From the NCBI GenBank assembly GCA_044870765.1, contig JBIOZG010000005.1:32001-96000 (forward strand): DNA of 64,000 nucleotides, read 5' to 3'. Position 1 is the first letter of the stretch; every line of letters starts with the position of its first letter. The notes under the pieces are model-generated. The model was not told where the DNA came from, searched no databases, and worked only from the letters and a program-made list of their open reading frames with translations. A program made the translations under genes and the position numbers. Below are positions 20,507 to 29,282 of this stretch, piece by piece. The DNA comes from Nitrososphaeraceae archaeon. GTDB taxonomy: Archaea > Thermoproteota > Nitrososphaeria > Nitrososphaerales > Nitrososphaeraceae.

Positions 20507-20914
20507 TTAATTAAAAATGATTTTAGACTCTTTTATGAAGCTTTCAGCCGAATCGGAAGCATGTATTATATTATCAGTAAATCCAAGTCCAAAATCTCCC
20601 CTGATTGTCCCCGGTTGAGCTTCTGTTGACTTGGTGTTTCCAACCATTACCCTTACTGTTGAAATTGCATTATTTCCTTCTAAAATACACCCGACTGTCT
20701 TACCAGAACATATGAATGAAACTAGCTCGTTGAAAAAATACTTATCTTTATGTGCATCGTAGAATTTGCGTGCCGTATCTGTATCAAACTGAAAGGACCT
20801 GAGATTCACTATCTGAAAGCCCTTCTCTTCAAATCTGGAAATAATTTTTCCAACAATTCCCTTCTTGAAACCATCAGGTTTTACCACAATGAGGGTCTGC
20901 TCTAAATTAGACAT
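20507..20914 (-). CDS. ndk: nucleoside-diphosphate kinase
   Basis: VKPDG, PGTIRGDFG, NIIHASDS. Confidence 0.95.
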   Translation of the reverse strand: MSNLEQTLIVVKPDGFKKGIVGKIISRFEEKGFQIVNLRSFQFDTDTARKFYDAHKDKYFFNELVSFICSGKTVGCILEGNNAISTVRVMVGNTKSTEAQPGTIRGDFGLGFTDNIIHASDSAESFIKESKIIFN

Positions 20915-20924
20915 TTCCTAGCTC

Positions 20925-21134
20925 TTATTTTTTGACCTTAATTCCACCCTTAACGTACTTTCGAGTCCATTTCAGTTTTCTTGGATCTCGTTTTAATTTC
21001 ATGTTCTTTTTACATTTAGGTGAACATGTCCACTGAATAGAACCATCATTTTTTACTGACATCATTCCTGCATCAGTAGGAATATGTTTTCCACAAAAGA
21101 AACAATTTCGGAGAGACGCTGCTGCTTTGCTCAA
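20925..21134 (-). CDS. rpl24e: 50S ribosomal protein eL24
   Basis: CFFCG...CSPKC...RDPRKLKWT. Confidence 0.93.
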   Translation of the reverse strand: MSKAAASLRNCFFCGKHIPTDAGMMSVKNDGSIQWTCSPKCKKNMKLKRDPRKLKWTRKYVKGGIKVKK

Positions 21135-21143
21135 ACAATATCA

Positions 21144-21359
21144 CTACTTTATCTTTCTTGCCTCTCTCTCAGTTTCTCTCAACATCAGTATGTCTTTCAT
21201 CCTAACTGAGCCTTTAACATTTCTTGTGAGAATTCGACCCTTGTCCTTTCCTTCTAGTACCTTTACTCTAACTTGGATTACTTCGCCTGCAATACCGGTT
21301 CTGCCGACTATTTGAATAACTTCTGCGGGAGTTACCCTTACTTCTGCAGCTTTACTCAC
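21144..21359 (-). CDS. rps28e: 30S ribosomal protein eS28
   Basis: [28 protein letters not shown]; GTG start assumed. Confidence 0.93.
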   Translation of the reverse strand: MSKAAEVRVTPAEVIQIVGRTGIAGEVIQVRVKVLEGKDKGRILTRNVKGSVRMKDILMLRETEREARKIK

Positions 21360-21367
21360 TAGTAAAA

Positions 21368-21748
21368 TCACTCCTTCTTATCTTTGATACTTGAAAGTGT
21401 TCCAATTACTTGGTCAACAATATGCTGACCTTCTCCTGCATCAATTATAGTTGCTGCAGCAGAGCCAACTTCAATTCCAAGTGATTCACCCAATTGTTGC
21501 TTGCTTGGTACAAAAATGTAGGGAGTATTCCTTTCATCGCAAATAATAGGAATATGAGCAACAACTTCTGGCGGTTGCACGTCTTCTGCTATTACAACCA
21601 ATTTGCCTATTCCTCTTTCTATCGCCTTTGTCGTTTCATTAGTCCCTTTTCTAACACTCCCACTCTGTTTGGCTACTCTGACCGCTTCATAGACAGCACT
21701 AACGAGATCTTTTGGAGTTTCAAATTTTACATAAAAAGGTTTACTCAT
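21368..21748 (-). CDS. rpl7ae: ribosomal/sRNP protein L7Ae
   Basis: [27 protein letters not shown]; start MSKPFY. Confidence 0.95.
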   Translation of the reverse strand: MSKPFYVKFETPKDLVSAVYEAVRVAKQSGSVRKGTNETTKAIERGIGKLVVIAEDVQPPEVVAHIPIICDERNTPYIFVPSKQQLGESLGIEVGSAAATIIDAGEGQHIVDQVIGTLSSIKDKKE

Positions 21749-21753
21749 TTTAT

Positions 21754-21780
21754 AATTCATCACCCATTGGGATCATCTTT
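21754..21780 (-). promoter_or_regulatory. putative kink-turn in rpl7ae leader overlapping the SD (L7Ae autoregulation)
   Basis: Minus strand AAAGATGA-T-CCC-AAT-GGG-T-GAT-GA-ATT: CCC/GGG stem, GAU bulge, tandem G.A pairs, covers GGTGA SD. Confidence 0.55.
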
Positions 21781-21830
21781 AATCTACTGAATAGATGTGG
21801 AGGCGTATTAAAAATGTTGCCGAGCAAATA

Positions 21831-23189
21831 TTATTTTCCACCTAGCGTTTCGTTAACGAGCCGCGTGTATTCGTTAACTTTAGAATTAATCAATAACTCA
21901 TCAGTCGATTCTCCATACATTCTAATCAAAGGTTCAGTACCGCTGGGACGGAGCATTAACCAACTTTCTTCATCAAACCAAATCTTGATGCCATCAAGTG
22001 TTTCTATCTTCATAGGACTGCCATGAGTCTTTGCGTTTTCTATTACTTTTTGAACCACTGTCATATCAGAACAATGAAACTTTGATTTGTGCTGGTAAGC
22101 CATGGGAAGAGAGGATAGCAACTCTGAGAGCGTTTTTTCTTGTGATGCCATTAGGTCGAGCATTAGTGCTGTTGTAAGGGCACCATCTCTAACCTGATTC
22201 AAAATTCCGTACATGAAACCTCCGTTTTCCTCCATACCAATAATGGCGTTTTGTTTTACCATTTCGCGGGAAACCTCAACACTACCTACCTTTGTGTGAA
22301 TAACGCTAGAGCCATTATCCTGTGCAATTTTTGTCAATATGTTAGTTGTGTTTATCGGGCAAACTATTTTGGCTCCCTTGTGTTTTTCAGAAATCAAGTA
22401 TCTGGCCAATAATGTTCCGGTCTTATCACCCCAGTGAATACATCCTTTTTCGTCACAGAAGATGGATCTATCTCCATCACCATCATAAGCAGCGCCAATA
22501 TCGGAATTGGTTTCTTTTGAAATACTACACAGCAAATTGAGGTTAGAAGATGTTGGTTCTGAACCTCTACCTGGAAAATTCCCATCAACAGTTCCGTTAA
22601 GAGTAATTACCGTACATCCAAGTCGTTTTGCAAGTATTGGAGCAACTAGCGCTTGAACCCCATTTCCCAAATCCATTGTTATTTTGAATTTGCGTTGCTT
22701 GATTCTGTCCGTATCGACTAATTTCAGTACTTCCTCAATGTATCTTTCAATTATCATTTCTTCTTTGAAATTGTCCCCTATCTTTGTCGAATTAATGAAC
22801 GCCTTGTTCCTAAAAATCTGTTCCACGATGGTCTCATCGTTTCTTGAAAGCTCAACTCCATCTTTTGCAATAGGTTTTACACCATTATACTCTGGAGGAT
22901 TGTGGGAAGCAGTAATCATGATTCCGCCTTGAAAATGATTCTTTTTTATGGCATATTGAAGACACGGTGTAGGCAAAAGGCCGGCATCAACCGTGTTTAT
23001 ACCATTTGAATTAAGGACTGCGGTAACAATATTGAACATGATCTTGTTTGAATTACGGCCATCTCTACCGACAAGGATTGAACCTTCCTTGTAGTAAGAA
23101 GCCAGTGCATGAATTACATCGACCAAGAAATCTAGAGAGAGATCTTTTCCGAATACTCCTCTGATTCCGTTGGTGCCAAATAATGGCAT
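21831..23189 (-). CDS. glmM: phosphoglucosamine mutase / PMM-PGM family
   Basis: LFGTNGIRG, TASHNP, DGDGDR, RPSGTEP; exact substrate uncertain. Confidence 0.85.
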   Translation of the reverse strand: MPLFGTNGIRGVFGKDLSLDFLVDVIHALASYYKEGSILVGRDGRNSNKIMFNIVTAVLNSNGINTVDAGLLPTPCLQYAIKKNHFQGGIMITASHNPPEYNGVKPIAKDGVELSRNDETIVEQIFRNKAFINSTKIGDNFKEEMIIERYIEEVLKLVDTDRIKQRKFKITMDLGNGVQALVAPILAKRLGCTVITLNGTVDGNFPGRGSEPTSSNLNLLCSISKETNSDIGAAYDGDGDRSIFCDEKGCIHWGDKTGTLLARYLISEKHKGAKIVCPINTTNILTKIAQDNGSSVIHTKVGSVEVSREMVKQNAIIGMEENGGFMYGILNQVRDGALTTALMLDLMASQEKTLSELLSSLPMAYQHKSKFHCSDMTVVQKVIENAKTHGSPMKIETLDGIKIWFDEESWLMLRPSGTEPLIRMYGESTDELLINSKVNEYTRLVNETLGGK

Positions 23190-23274
23190 ATTCCTGTTCA
23201 ACATAACTAAACACCAATATATTCTAAATAATAGTTAAATTTGGCCGAATAACCTTCAATAGGCAGACTTCGAT

Positions 23275-23404
23275 GCGGGGGTTGCCAAGCTAGGTCAACG
23301 GCGCAGGTCTCGCTAATTGCGAGTGCGAAGCTTAGAATGGATGACATTCAATTCCTAGATCCCTGTTCCTTAGGGATTCGTGGGTTCAAATCCCACCCCC
23401 CGCA
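23275..23404 (+). tRNA. tRNA-Leu(UAG) with two non-canonical introns (23308-23329 at 30/31; 23338-23360 at 38/39)
   Basis: GCGGGGG/CCCCCGC-A acceptor, long variable arm, GTGGG-TTCAAAT-CCCAC T-arm; removing both introns gives CAGGG-CT-TAG-AA-CCCTG; both introns show BHB pairing. Confidence 0.88.
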
Positions 23405-23491
23405 CACAATTAAGGACCATTACTGGCAGTTGCTATTAGTCAAACTGGCTTCAGATTTAGAAAAAAAATTCACAGGTTGAATTGGATTCTA

Positions 23492-23683
23492 CTATACGCT
23501 ACATAATTTCTTGTGTCTTTCATCGTGAAAATGAATTTCACAAAAATCTGCATTGCATGTATAACAATGCCACCCTGATAGTGTATAGCATACTGAGCAT
23601 TTTCGTGTAGGATTATTATAATCAAAATCCTTTCTTGATTTTTTGAATATTTTTTGTCTTGCTTCAGGACTCATGTCTTGCAA
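23492..23683 (-). CDS. small Cys/His-rich Zn-finger protein (B-box/AN1-like spacing)
   Basis: CSVC..HCYTC..FCEIHFHDERH. Confidence 0.6.
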   Translation of the reverse strand: MQDMSPEARQKIFKKSRKDFDYNNPTRKCSVCYTLSGWHCYTCNADFCEIHFHDERHKKLCSV

Positions 23684-23868
23684 ACCAAATTGTAAAGATC
23701 AATAAAGGAGAACATTTCATTGCTAGTCTATTAGGTATGAATGTAAATGCACCAAATGTGTATTTATCATCGCTTTAGAATTGGTTTTAAGTTATTTAAG
23801 TATTAGTGTTGGATGCATAATTTTTAGAATCCTTTAATTTTGAGGTCTTTCTTTAATCCATTTTAATA

Positions 23869-24735
23869 ATGAACAGAAATGACAGACTCGTAGTCGAGGT
23901 AACAGTTGTTGGCAAAGATAGAAAAGGTGTAGTTGCAGATGTAACTAATTTTATTTTCAAAAATGATGGAAACATTGAGCAGATAAATCAAAGCGTTATC
24001 AACGGACTGTTTGGTATGCAATTGGAGGCGTCATTTCAACAACGCGAATTCAGAAAAGAACCGTTTGATACAGAGCTGAGGTCTCTCGCAAAAAAATTAA
24101 AAATGGAGGTAAAAGTCCATTATGAAGAGCCCAAAAGATTAAAGAATATTGCGATTTTTGTTAGCAAAGAGAGCCATTGCCTCATTAAATTGCTGGATGC
24201 AAAAGCGGCTGGGAAAATACGTGCAAATATTGCTGTAATCGTGGGAAGCGAAAAGACGACCAATTCTATCGCAGGAAAATACCAAATTCCATTTTATCAC
24301 ATAATGCATTCTCAGCAGACTGATGCGGAGATTGAAATTTTGGAGATAATGGATCGTTATAATGTAGATTTGATAGTTCTAGGAAGATACATGCGGATAT
24401 TGACGCCAAATTTTGTTTGGAGATATCCTGATAGGATTATTAATATTCATCCATCATTGTTGCCTGCTTTTCCTGGTGCATATGCATACATACAGGCATA
24501 CGAAAGAGGGGCAAAAATTGTTGGCTGCACAGCCCATTTTGTAACAGAAGATCTTGACCAGGGACCTATTATTTGTCAGGAATCATTTAGAGTTAGACAA
24601 CGAGATACTGTAGAGTCAATCAAAAGAAGGGGACAGAAACTAGAAGCAGTAACATTGCTAGAAGCAGTAACATTATACTTGGAAAACAGAATCCAAGTAA
24701 ATTGGGGACGGGTTGTGGTTAAGAACACGAAATGA
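23869..24735 (+). CDS. purU: formyltetrahydrofolate deformylase
   Basis: N-terminal ACT domain, VSKESHCL, INIHPSLLPAFPG, TAHFVTEDLDQGPII. Confidence 0.92.
   Translation: MNRNDRLVVEVTVVGKDRKGVVADVTNFIFKNDGNIEQINQSVINGLFGMQLEASFQQREFRKEPFDTELRSLAKKLKMEVKVHYEEPKRLKNIAIFVSKESHCLIKLLDAKAAGKIRANIAVIVGSEKTTNSIAGKYQIPFYHIMHSQQTDAEIEILEIMDRYNVDLIVLGRYMRILTPNFVWRYPDRIINIHPSLLPAFPGAYAYIQAYERGAKIVGCTAHFVTEDLDQGPIICQESFRVRQRDTVESIKRRGQKLEAVTLLEAVTLYLENRIQVNWGRVVVKNTK
24640..24675 (+). repeat. 18-bp tandem repeat inside purU (LEAVTL x2)
   Basis: CTAGAAGCAGTAACATTG CTAGAAGCAGTAACATTA, 17/18 identical. Confidence 0.85.
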
Positions 24736-24820
24736 AACTAGGGAACCTATGCAGACACCACAGCGCAAACGTAAACTGTTTTGATTAGTTTAATAACTTA
24801 GTTAGACATTTCTACTGATA

Positions 24821-25519
24821 TTGTCAATAAACAACCTCAGTTTTAGCGATATAAAAAACAAAAAAAGTAGAGCAATAATCCCGCTGGGTTCCATAGAGCA
24901 GCATGGACCGCACCTCCCGGTAACTACTGATATATTGATTGCAGAATATACGGCGAACCAAATCTCAAAAAAAATTCCAGCTCATGTTCTACCCGGTATT
25001 CCTTACGGGGTATCATATGAACACAAACCATTTTTCAACATTTCAATAAATAACGATTTACTATCAGATCTCTTGACTCAGATTTGTGTTTCATTGGCAG
25101 AAAATGGCTTTAGCTCTGTAATCATATTAAATGGCCACCACGGAAACATGGGAGTATTACAATATGTTCCTCAAAAGGTAGCAAGCAAGAATCCAAATTT
25201 GAGTGTATTTGGAATTAACTATTGGAATTTGATAGAAAGGGAATTTGATCATGCAGGTTTTGTTGAAACTTCATTAATGCTGTCTATCAATCCTCAGCTG
25301 GTCCAGATGCATAAAGCCAAGCGCGGATATTCGGATACAAAGAGATTGCGTGCTACATATTCTACATTCCTGAATAATCCATCGTCATTTAAGATTACAA
25401 AAAATGGTGTTTGGGGCGATCCTACTAAAGCAAATAGGCAGGATGGCAGAAAAATAATGTCCATAGCAATTAAGAATATTATTAGGTCGATAAAGGAGCT
25501 GGATGAACTGAGTAGATGA
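24821..25519 (+). CDS. creatininase-family amidohydrolase (possible ArfB-type deformylase)
   Basis: GSIEQHGPHLP..TD, NGHHGN, DHAG..ETS. Confidence 0.85.
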   Translation: MSINNLSFSDIKNKKSRAIIPLGSIEQHGPHLPVTTDILIAEYTANQISKKIPAHVLPGIPYGVSYEHKPFFNISINNDLLSDLLTQICVSLAENGFSSVIILNGHHGNMGVLQYVPQKVASKNPNLSVFGINYWNLIEREFDHAGFVETSLMLSINPQLVQMHKAKRGYSDTKRLRATYSTFLNNPSSFKITKNGVWGDPTKANRQDGRKIMSIAIKNIIRSIKELDELSR

Positions 25520-25686
25520 TTTCCACGGTTTTGTTTTGAATTTAGACTTTTTTATTTTAAATATTAGTTAATAGGAATTGAATTAGATCTAGTGATTCAT
25601 ACAATAGTCATTTCAAGACGGATATCAAAATTATTATTAACTTTAATATAGACCTTCATTAAGGAATACCATAGGTAGTGATATAG

Positions 25687-25917
25687 ATGTCCGTTGACAT
25701 GGCTGTAAAAGTACTTGATGAAAGCTTGGGTAAAATAGTTCTGATAAAACTAAAAGGAAGCAAAGTAATTCGTGGGAACCTGCACGGTTTTGACCAACAT
25801 ATGAATTTGCTTCTTGACAATTCTGTAGAATTACTTGACGAAGGAAAATCAAATGAAATTGGAACCATTGTTGTAAGGGGAGATAATGTTGTTATGATAT
25901 CTCCGCCGCCGGTCTAA
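25687..25917 (+). CDS. Sm-like (Lsm/SmAP1) RNA-binding protein
   Basis: GNLHGFDQHMNLLL (Sm1), IVVRGDNVVMISP (Sm2); upstream of L37e. Confidence 0.93.
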   Translation: MSVDMAVKVLDESLGKIVLIKLKGSKVIRGNLHGFDQHMNLLLDNSVELLDEGKSNEIGTIVVRGDNVVMISPPPV

Positions 25918-25950
25918 CATCACTTGTCTAGAATATTTGGAGAAAATTGA

Positions 25951-26121
25951 ATGACCAAAGGAACAACTTCAATGGGAAAGTTTACCCGAAAGCGCACTCA
26001 TATAAGGTGCCGTAGATGCGGCCATAACGCATTTCATAAAAGAGACAAGAGATGTGGAAAATGCGGATATCCAGATCCAAAAACTCGAAAATACGATTGG
26101 ATTAAACGGCGAGTTACATAG
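25951..26121 (+). CDS. rpl37e: 50S ribosomal protein eL37 (not in ORF track)
   Basis: Manual translation [56 protein letters not shown]. Confidence 0.95.
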   Translation: MTKGTTSMGKFTRKRTHIRCRRCGHNAFHKRDKRCGKCGYPDPKTRKYDWIKRRVT

Positions 26122-26168
26122 ACATTAAGGATAAGACTTAACAGTATGTTGTAATTTATTACAGTAAG

Positions 26169-26987
26169 TTGGATTTTGTTGTTGCATCATTTTCAATAGG
26201 ATTAGGTGCAATAGCCTCTGTGCTTTTTCGTCAAATTAGAAAGCAGAGAATTGCAAAAACCTACAATAACAAGAACAGTCCAAACCAAGCATACAGTTTC
26301 GATACATCCAAAAATAGCACTGATCTTGAGATGATGAAAAATGAGTTGGATTCATTACAGGTTGAAAGGTCTATCATTGCTAGTTCAGCTAGAAGGGTAG
26401 ATGAGACTTTTAGAGAAGGTAAACTAAGTCAATTAGAATTCGACAGATTAATGTTAAAGTACGGTGAAGATTTAAGAAAATGTGACGAAGAAATAGAGCA
26501 TGCGCGATCGGTTGTAGACCTTTACGATTTGAGCGCAATTAAAAACAATCTTGTTTCTATAGTAGAGAACAAAATCAAAGTTATAGATACAAGATTAACA
26601 GAGCTCTCTGAGAGGAATTTCAAATTGGCAACTACGCCAAAGCGGTCGCGACCTGATATCATAAAAGAGGATTTTGCTAATTCATCATTACGCCAAGAAA
26701 AACTAGATTATTCGTTACGTACGGAGGCAGAAAAAATAAAGAATCTGGAAATGGAAATTAATCAAGCACTTGAAAAACTTGATAGTTTCGAGTCTATAAA
26801 ATCAGGACCAGAATTACAGTCAAAACCAGGAGAAGAATTAGAACCAGAATCCAAACTAAAATCAAAAATAGCATTAGAATTAGGGAAAGAGGAAATACTG
26901 AAAAATAGTTTAGGGACAAGTGATAAACAGAATGTTGCTACCAAAAAGGATCCTCTTAGGAATTTTGCCCCATCAAAGTTGGTCTAA
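26169..26987 (+). CDS. hypothetical membrane-anchored coiled-coil protein
   Basis: N-terminal hydrophobic helix then heptad-rich charged segments. Confidence 0.7.
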   Translation: MDFVVASFSIGLGAIASVLFRQIRKQRIAKTYNNKNSPNQAYSFDTSKNSTDLEMMKNELDSLQVERSIIASSARRVDETFREGKLSQLEFDRLMLKYGEDLRKCDEEIEHARSVVDLYDLSAIKNNLVSIVENKIKVIDTRLTELSERNFKLATTPKRSRPDIIKEDFANSSLRQEKLDYSLRTEAEKIKNLEMEINQALEKLDSFESIKSGPELQSKPGEELEPESKLKSKIALELGKEEILKNSLGTSDKQNVATKKDPLRNFAPSKLV

Positions 26988-27041
26988 AAAATAATTAGAT
27001 GGGGAACATTAATTTTTAAGGATCCATAAATTTCAGAAATA

Positions 27042-27179
27042 TTACTTTCCTATTCTGAACATTTTTGTACCGCAAGTCGAACATATTCCTTGTGTTGCTG
27101 GTTTTCCATTTTTCATAGTTATCTTTTTCTCATCATTCATAATCCTTTTTTGTTTACACTTTACACAGTATCCTTCCAT
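27042..27179 (-). CDS. 45-aa basic Zn-binding microprotein, DUF5679-like (not in ORF track)
   Basis: MEGYCVKCKQKRIMNDEKKITMKNGKPATQGICSTCGTKMFRIGK. Confidence 0.85.
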   Translation of the reverse strand: MEGYCVKCKQKRIMNDEKKITMKNGKPATQGICSTCGTKMFRIGK

Positions 27180-27457
27180 AAAAAATAGATTTCACGTGTA
27201 AATAAAAACATTGTGCATACGGGCTTTTTTTGGTCAAAAACATGAGGATTTTTGTTCCAATTAGGAAAACTATATTAATTTTGAACTCCTATTATACTTT
27301 TTAGCTAATACAAGCCAAATATGCTATCATAGAGTTTTGATTCATCATATTCTAATAACTTTCAATTGTTTGCAGTTTTTATGATAAATTGTAAGTGCTC
27401 AAATATGGGTAATATTTTGAAAATTTATAAGTAATCTCAAACTTCGTTCATTGTTAA

Positions 27458-28372
27458 ATGAAAATTACCGTAATCGGAGCCGGACGTGTAGGCTCTTCTG
27501 TGGCCATAAATTGCTCGATGAGAGAATTAGGTGATGTGATGCTTCTTGATATTGTCGAAGGTCTTCCTCAAGGCGAGGCAATGGATATTAACCATCAACT
27601 TGCTGAACGAGGAATAGATTTGACAGTTACTGGCTCTAATAACTATGAGGAAATGAAAGGATCCGAATTTGTAATAGTTGTAGCAGGTGTCGGTAGAAAG
27701 CCCGGTATGACGCGTATGGACCTGCTTAAAACAAACGCTGACATAGTAAAGGGAGTATGCAATAAAATCAAATCCTTTGCTCATGATTCAAAGATTATAG
27801 TAGTAACAAATCCGTTAGACCCATTAACATATCTTGTAATCAAATCACTGCAAGGACAACGAAACAAGATAATGGGGATGGGGGGAATGTTAGACCTGTC
27901 TAGATTTAAGGAGCACATCAGTACGGTAACCAGAATATCTCGAGAATCAATTCAGGCAATGGTCATAAGTGAACATGGTGAGAATATGCTGCCACTTGTT
28001 AGATTCTCAAGTATGGGTGGGATACCATTGCGTGAATTCATAACCCCAGAACAATCAGAAGATCTTGCCACAAAGACAAAAAAGATAGCAGCTGAAGTAA
28101 TTTCTTTAAAAGGCGCAACTGTTTATGCTCCAGGAAATGCTGTCTCAACTATGGTCGAGAGCATCGTAAAGAATAAAAGGACAATACTTCCTGTGTCAGC
28201 CCTGCTTGAAGGAGAATATGGATACAGTGACGTTTGCATTGGGGTACCATGTGTACTTGGAAATGAAGGTATTGAAAAAATAATCGAGTTAAAATTAAAT
28301 GAAAATGAACTAAAGATCTTTGACTTGGGAGTTCAGAGTGTAAAAGGCGCAATAAAGAGCCTTTCACTATGA
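27458..28372 (+). CDS. mdh: malate dehydrogenase (LDH-like)
   Basis: GAGRVG, RKPGMTRMDL, VTNPLD, EHGE. Confidence 0.93.
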   Translation: MKITVIGAGRVGSSVAINCSMRELGDVMLLDIVEGLPQGEAMDINHQLAERGIDLTVTGSNNYEEMKGSEFVIVVAGVGRKPGMTRMDLLKTNADIVKGVCNKIKSFAHDSKIIVVTNPLDPLTYLVIKSLQGQRNKIMGMGGMLDLSRFKEHISTVTRISRESIQAMVISEHGENMLPLVRFSSMGGIPLREFITPEQSEDLATKTKKIAAEVISLKGATVYAPGNAVSTMVESIVKNKRTILPVSALLEGEYGYSDVCIGVPCVLGNEGIEKIIELKLNENELKIFDLGVQSVKGAIKSLSL

Positions 28373-28421
28373 CTTCTTGTACCCTTAGAATCCCTGAAAA
28401 ATAAAATGAAATCGTGAGGAA

Positions 28422-29222
28422 ATGGAAATTAAGAAAATCTTAGAAAAATTAAGGCGAGGTGAAATAACAGTCGCAACGGCAGAACAGGAATTGCGACTAT
28501 ATTCAATTGAATACGTGGAAAATAACTTGGCTAAAATAGATCCACTGCGAGAGGCAAGAAGTGCAAAACCAGAAGTGATTCTTGCTCAAGGAAAACAGTA
28601 CAAAGACCTTCTCAAAATTATTAGAGCAACTGTATCAAGGAAAAAATTTGCTTTAGTAAGTAAAGTGAGTCCAGAGTACATGAAAAAGTTATGTAAAGAA
28701 TTTGAAAAACAAGAGTTCAAAATTTACAGAGGGATCAATACACTACTAGTTTCGAGCACACAACATAAATTTCCCAAAAGAAATGGCAGAGTGGGAGTAC
28801 TTTGTGCTGGAACTTCGGATATTAAAATTGCCGAAGAAGCGAAAATTATGGCAGAAGTGATGGGTAGCAAAACCATGATTGAATACGACGTCGGAATAGC
28901 TGGTATTCACAGAACAATAAATGCAGTTGCCCATATGATAAAGTCTAAGGTTCAGGTTATCGTGGTCGTAGCCGGTATGGAAGGTGCACTTGCTTCTTTT
29001 GTTTCTTCGGTTACCGATATACCAGTTATAGGGGTTCCAACCTCAATCGGGTATGGGTATGGCTCAGATGGAATTGCAGCACTGGCCTCGATGCTCCAAA
29101 CATGTTCTATGGGAATGACAGTTGTAAACATCGATAATGGGATAGGTGCTGGCGCTTTTGCAGCAATGGTAGCAAATAAGATGTCAAATGAATCCAAATA
29201 CAGCGATAATGAAGATTTATAA
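28422..29222 (+). CDS. larB: LarB-like (PurE/NCAIR mutase-like) nickel-pincer cofactor biosynthesis protein
   Basis: AGTSD..IAEEA, YDVGIAG, AGMEGAL, VPTSIGYG, VVNIDNG. Confidence 0.88.
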   Translation: MEIKKILEKLRRGEITVATAEQELRLYSIEYVENNLAKIDPLREARSAKPEVILAQGKQYKDLLKIIRATVSRKKFALVSKVSPEYMKKLCKEFEKQEFKIYRGINTLLVSSTQHKFPKRNGRVGVLCAGTSDIKIAEEAKIMAEVMGSKTMIEYDVGIAGIHRTINAVAHMIKSKVQVIVVVAGMEGALASFVSSVTDIPVIGVPTSIGYGYGSDGIAALASMLQTCSMGMTVVNIDNGIGAGAFAAMVANKMSNESKYSDNEDL

Positions 29223-29243
29223 GTAATTCATATAATTGTCAAT

Positions 29244-29271
29244 TTTATAAATAGGATAGATAGATAGGTGA
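29244..29271 (+). promoter_or_regulatory. TATA box and Shine-Dalgarno upstream of rpl18 operon
   Basis: TTTATAAA at 29244-29251 and AGGTGA at 29266-29271 before ATG 29283. Confidence 0.55.
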
Positions 29272-29282
29272 GTTTTTAGTTT

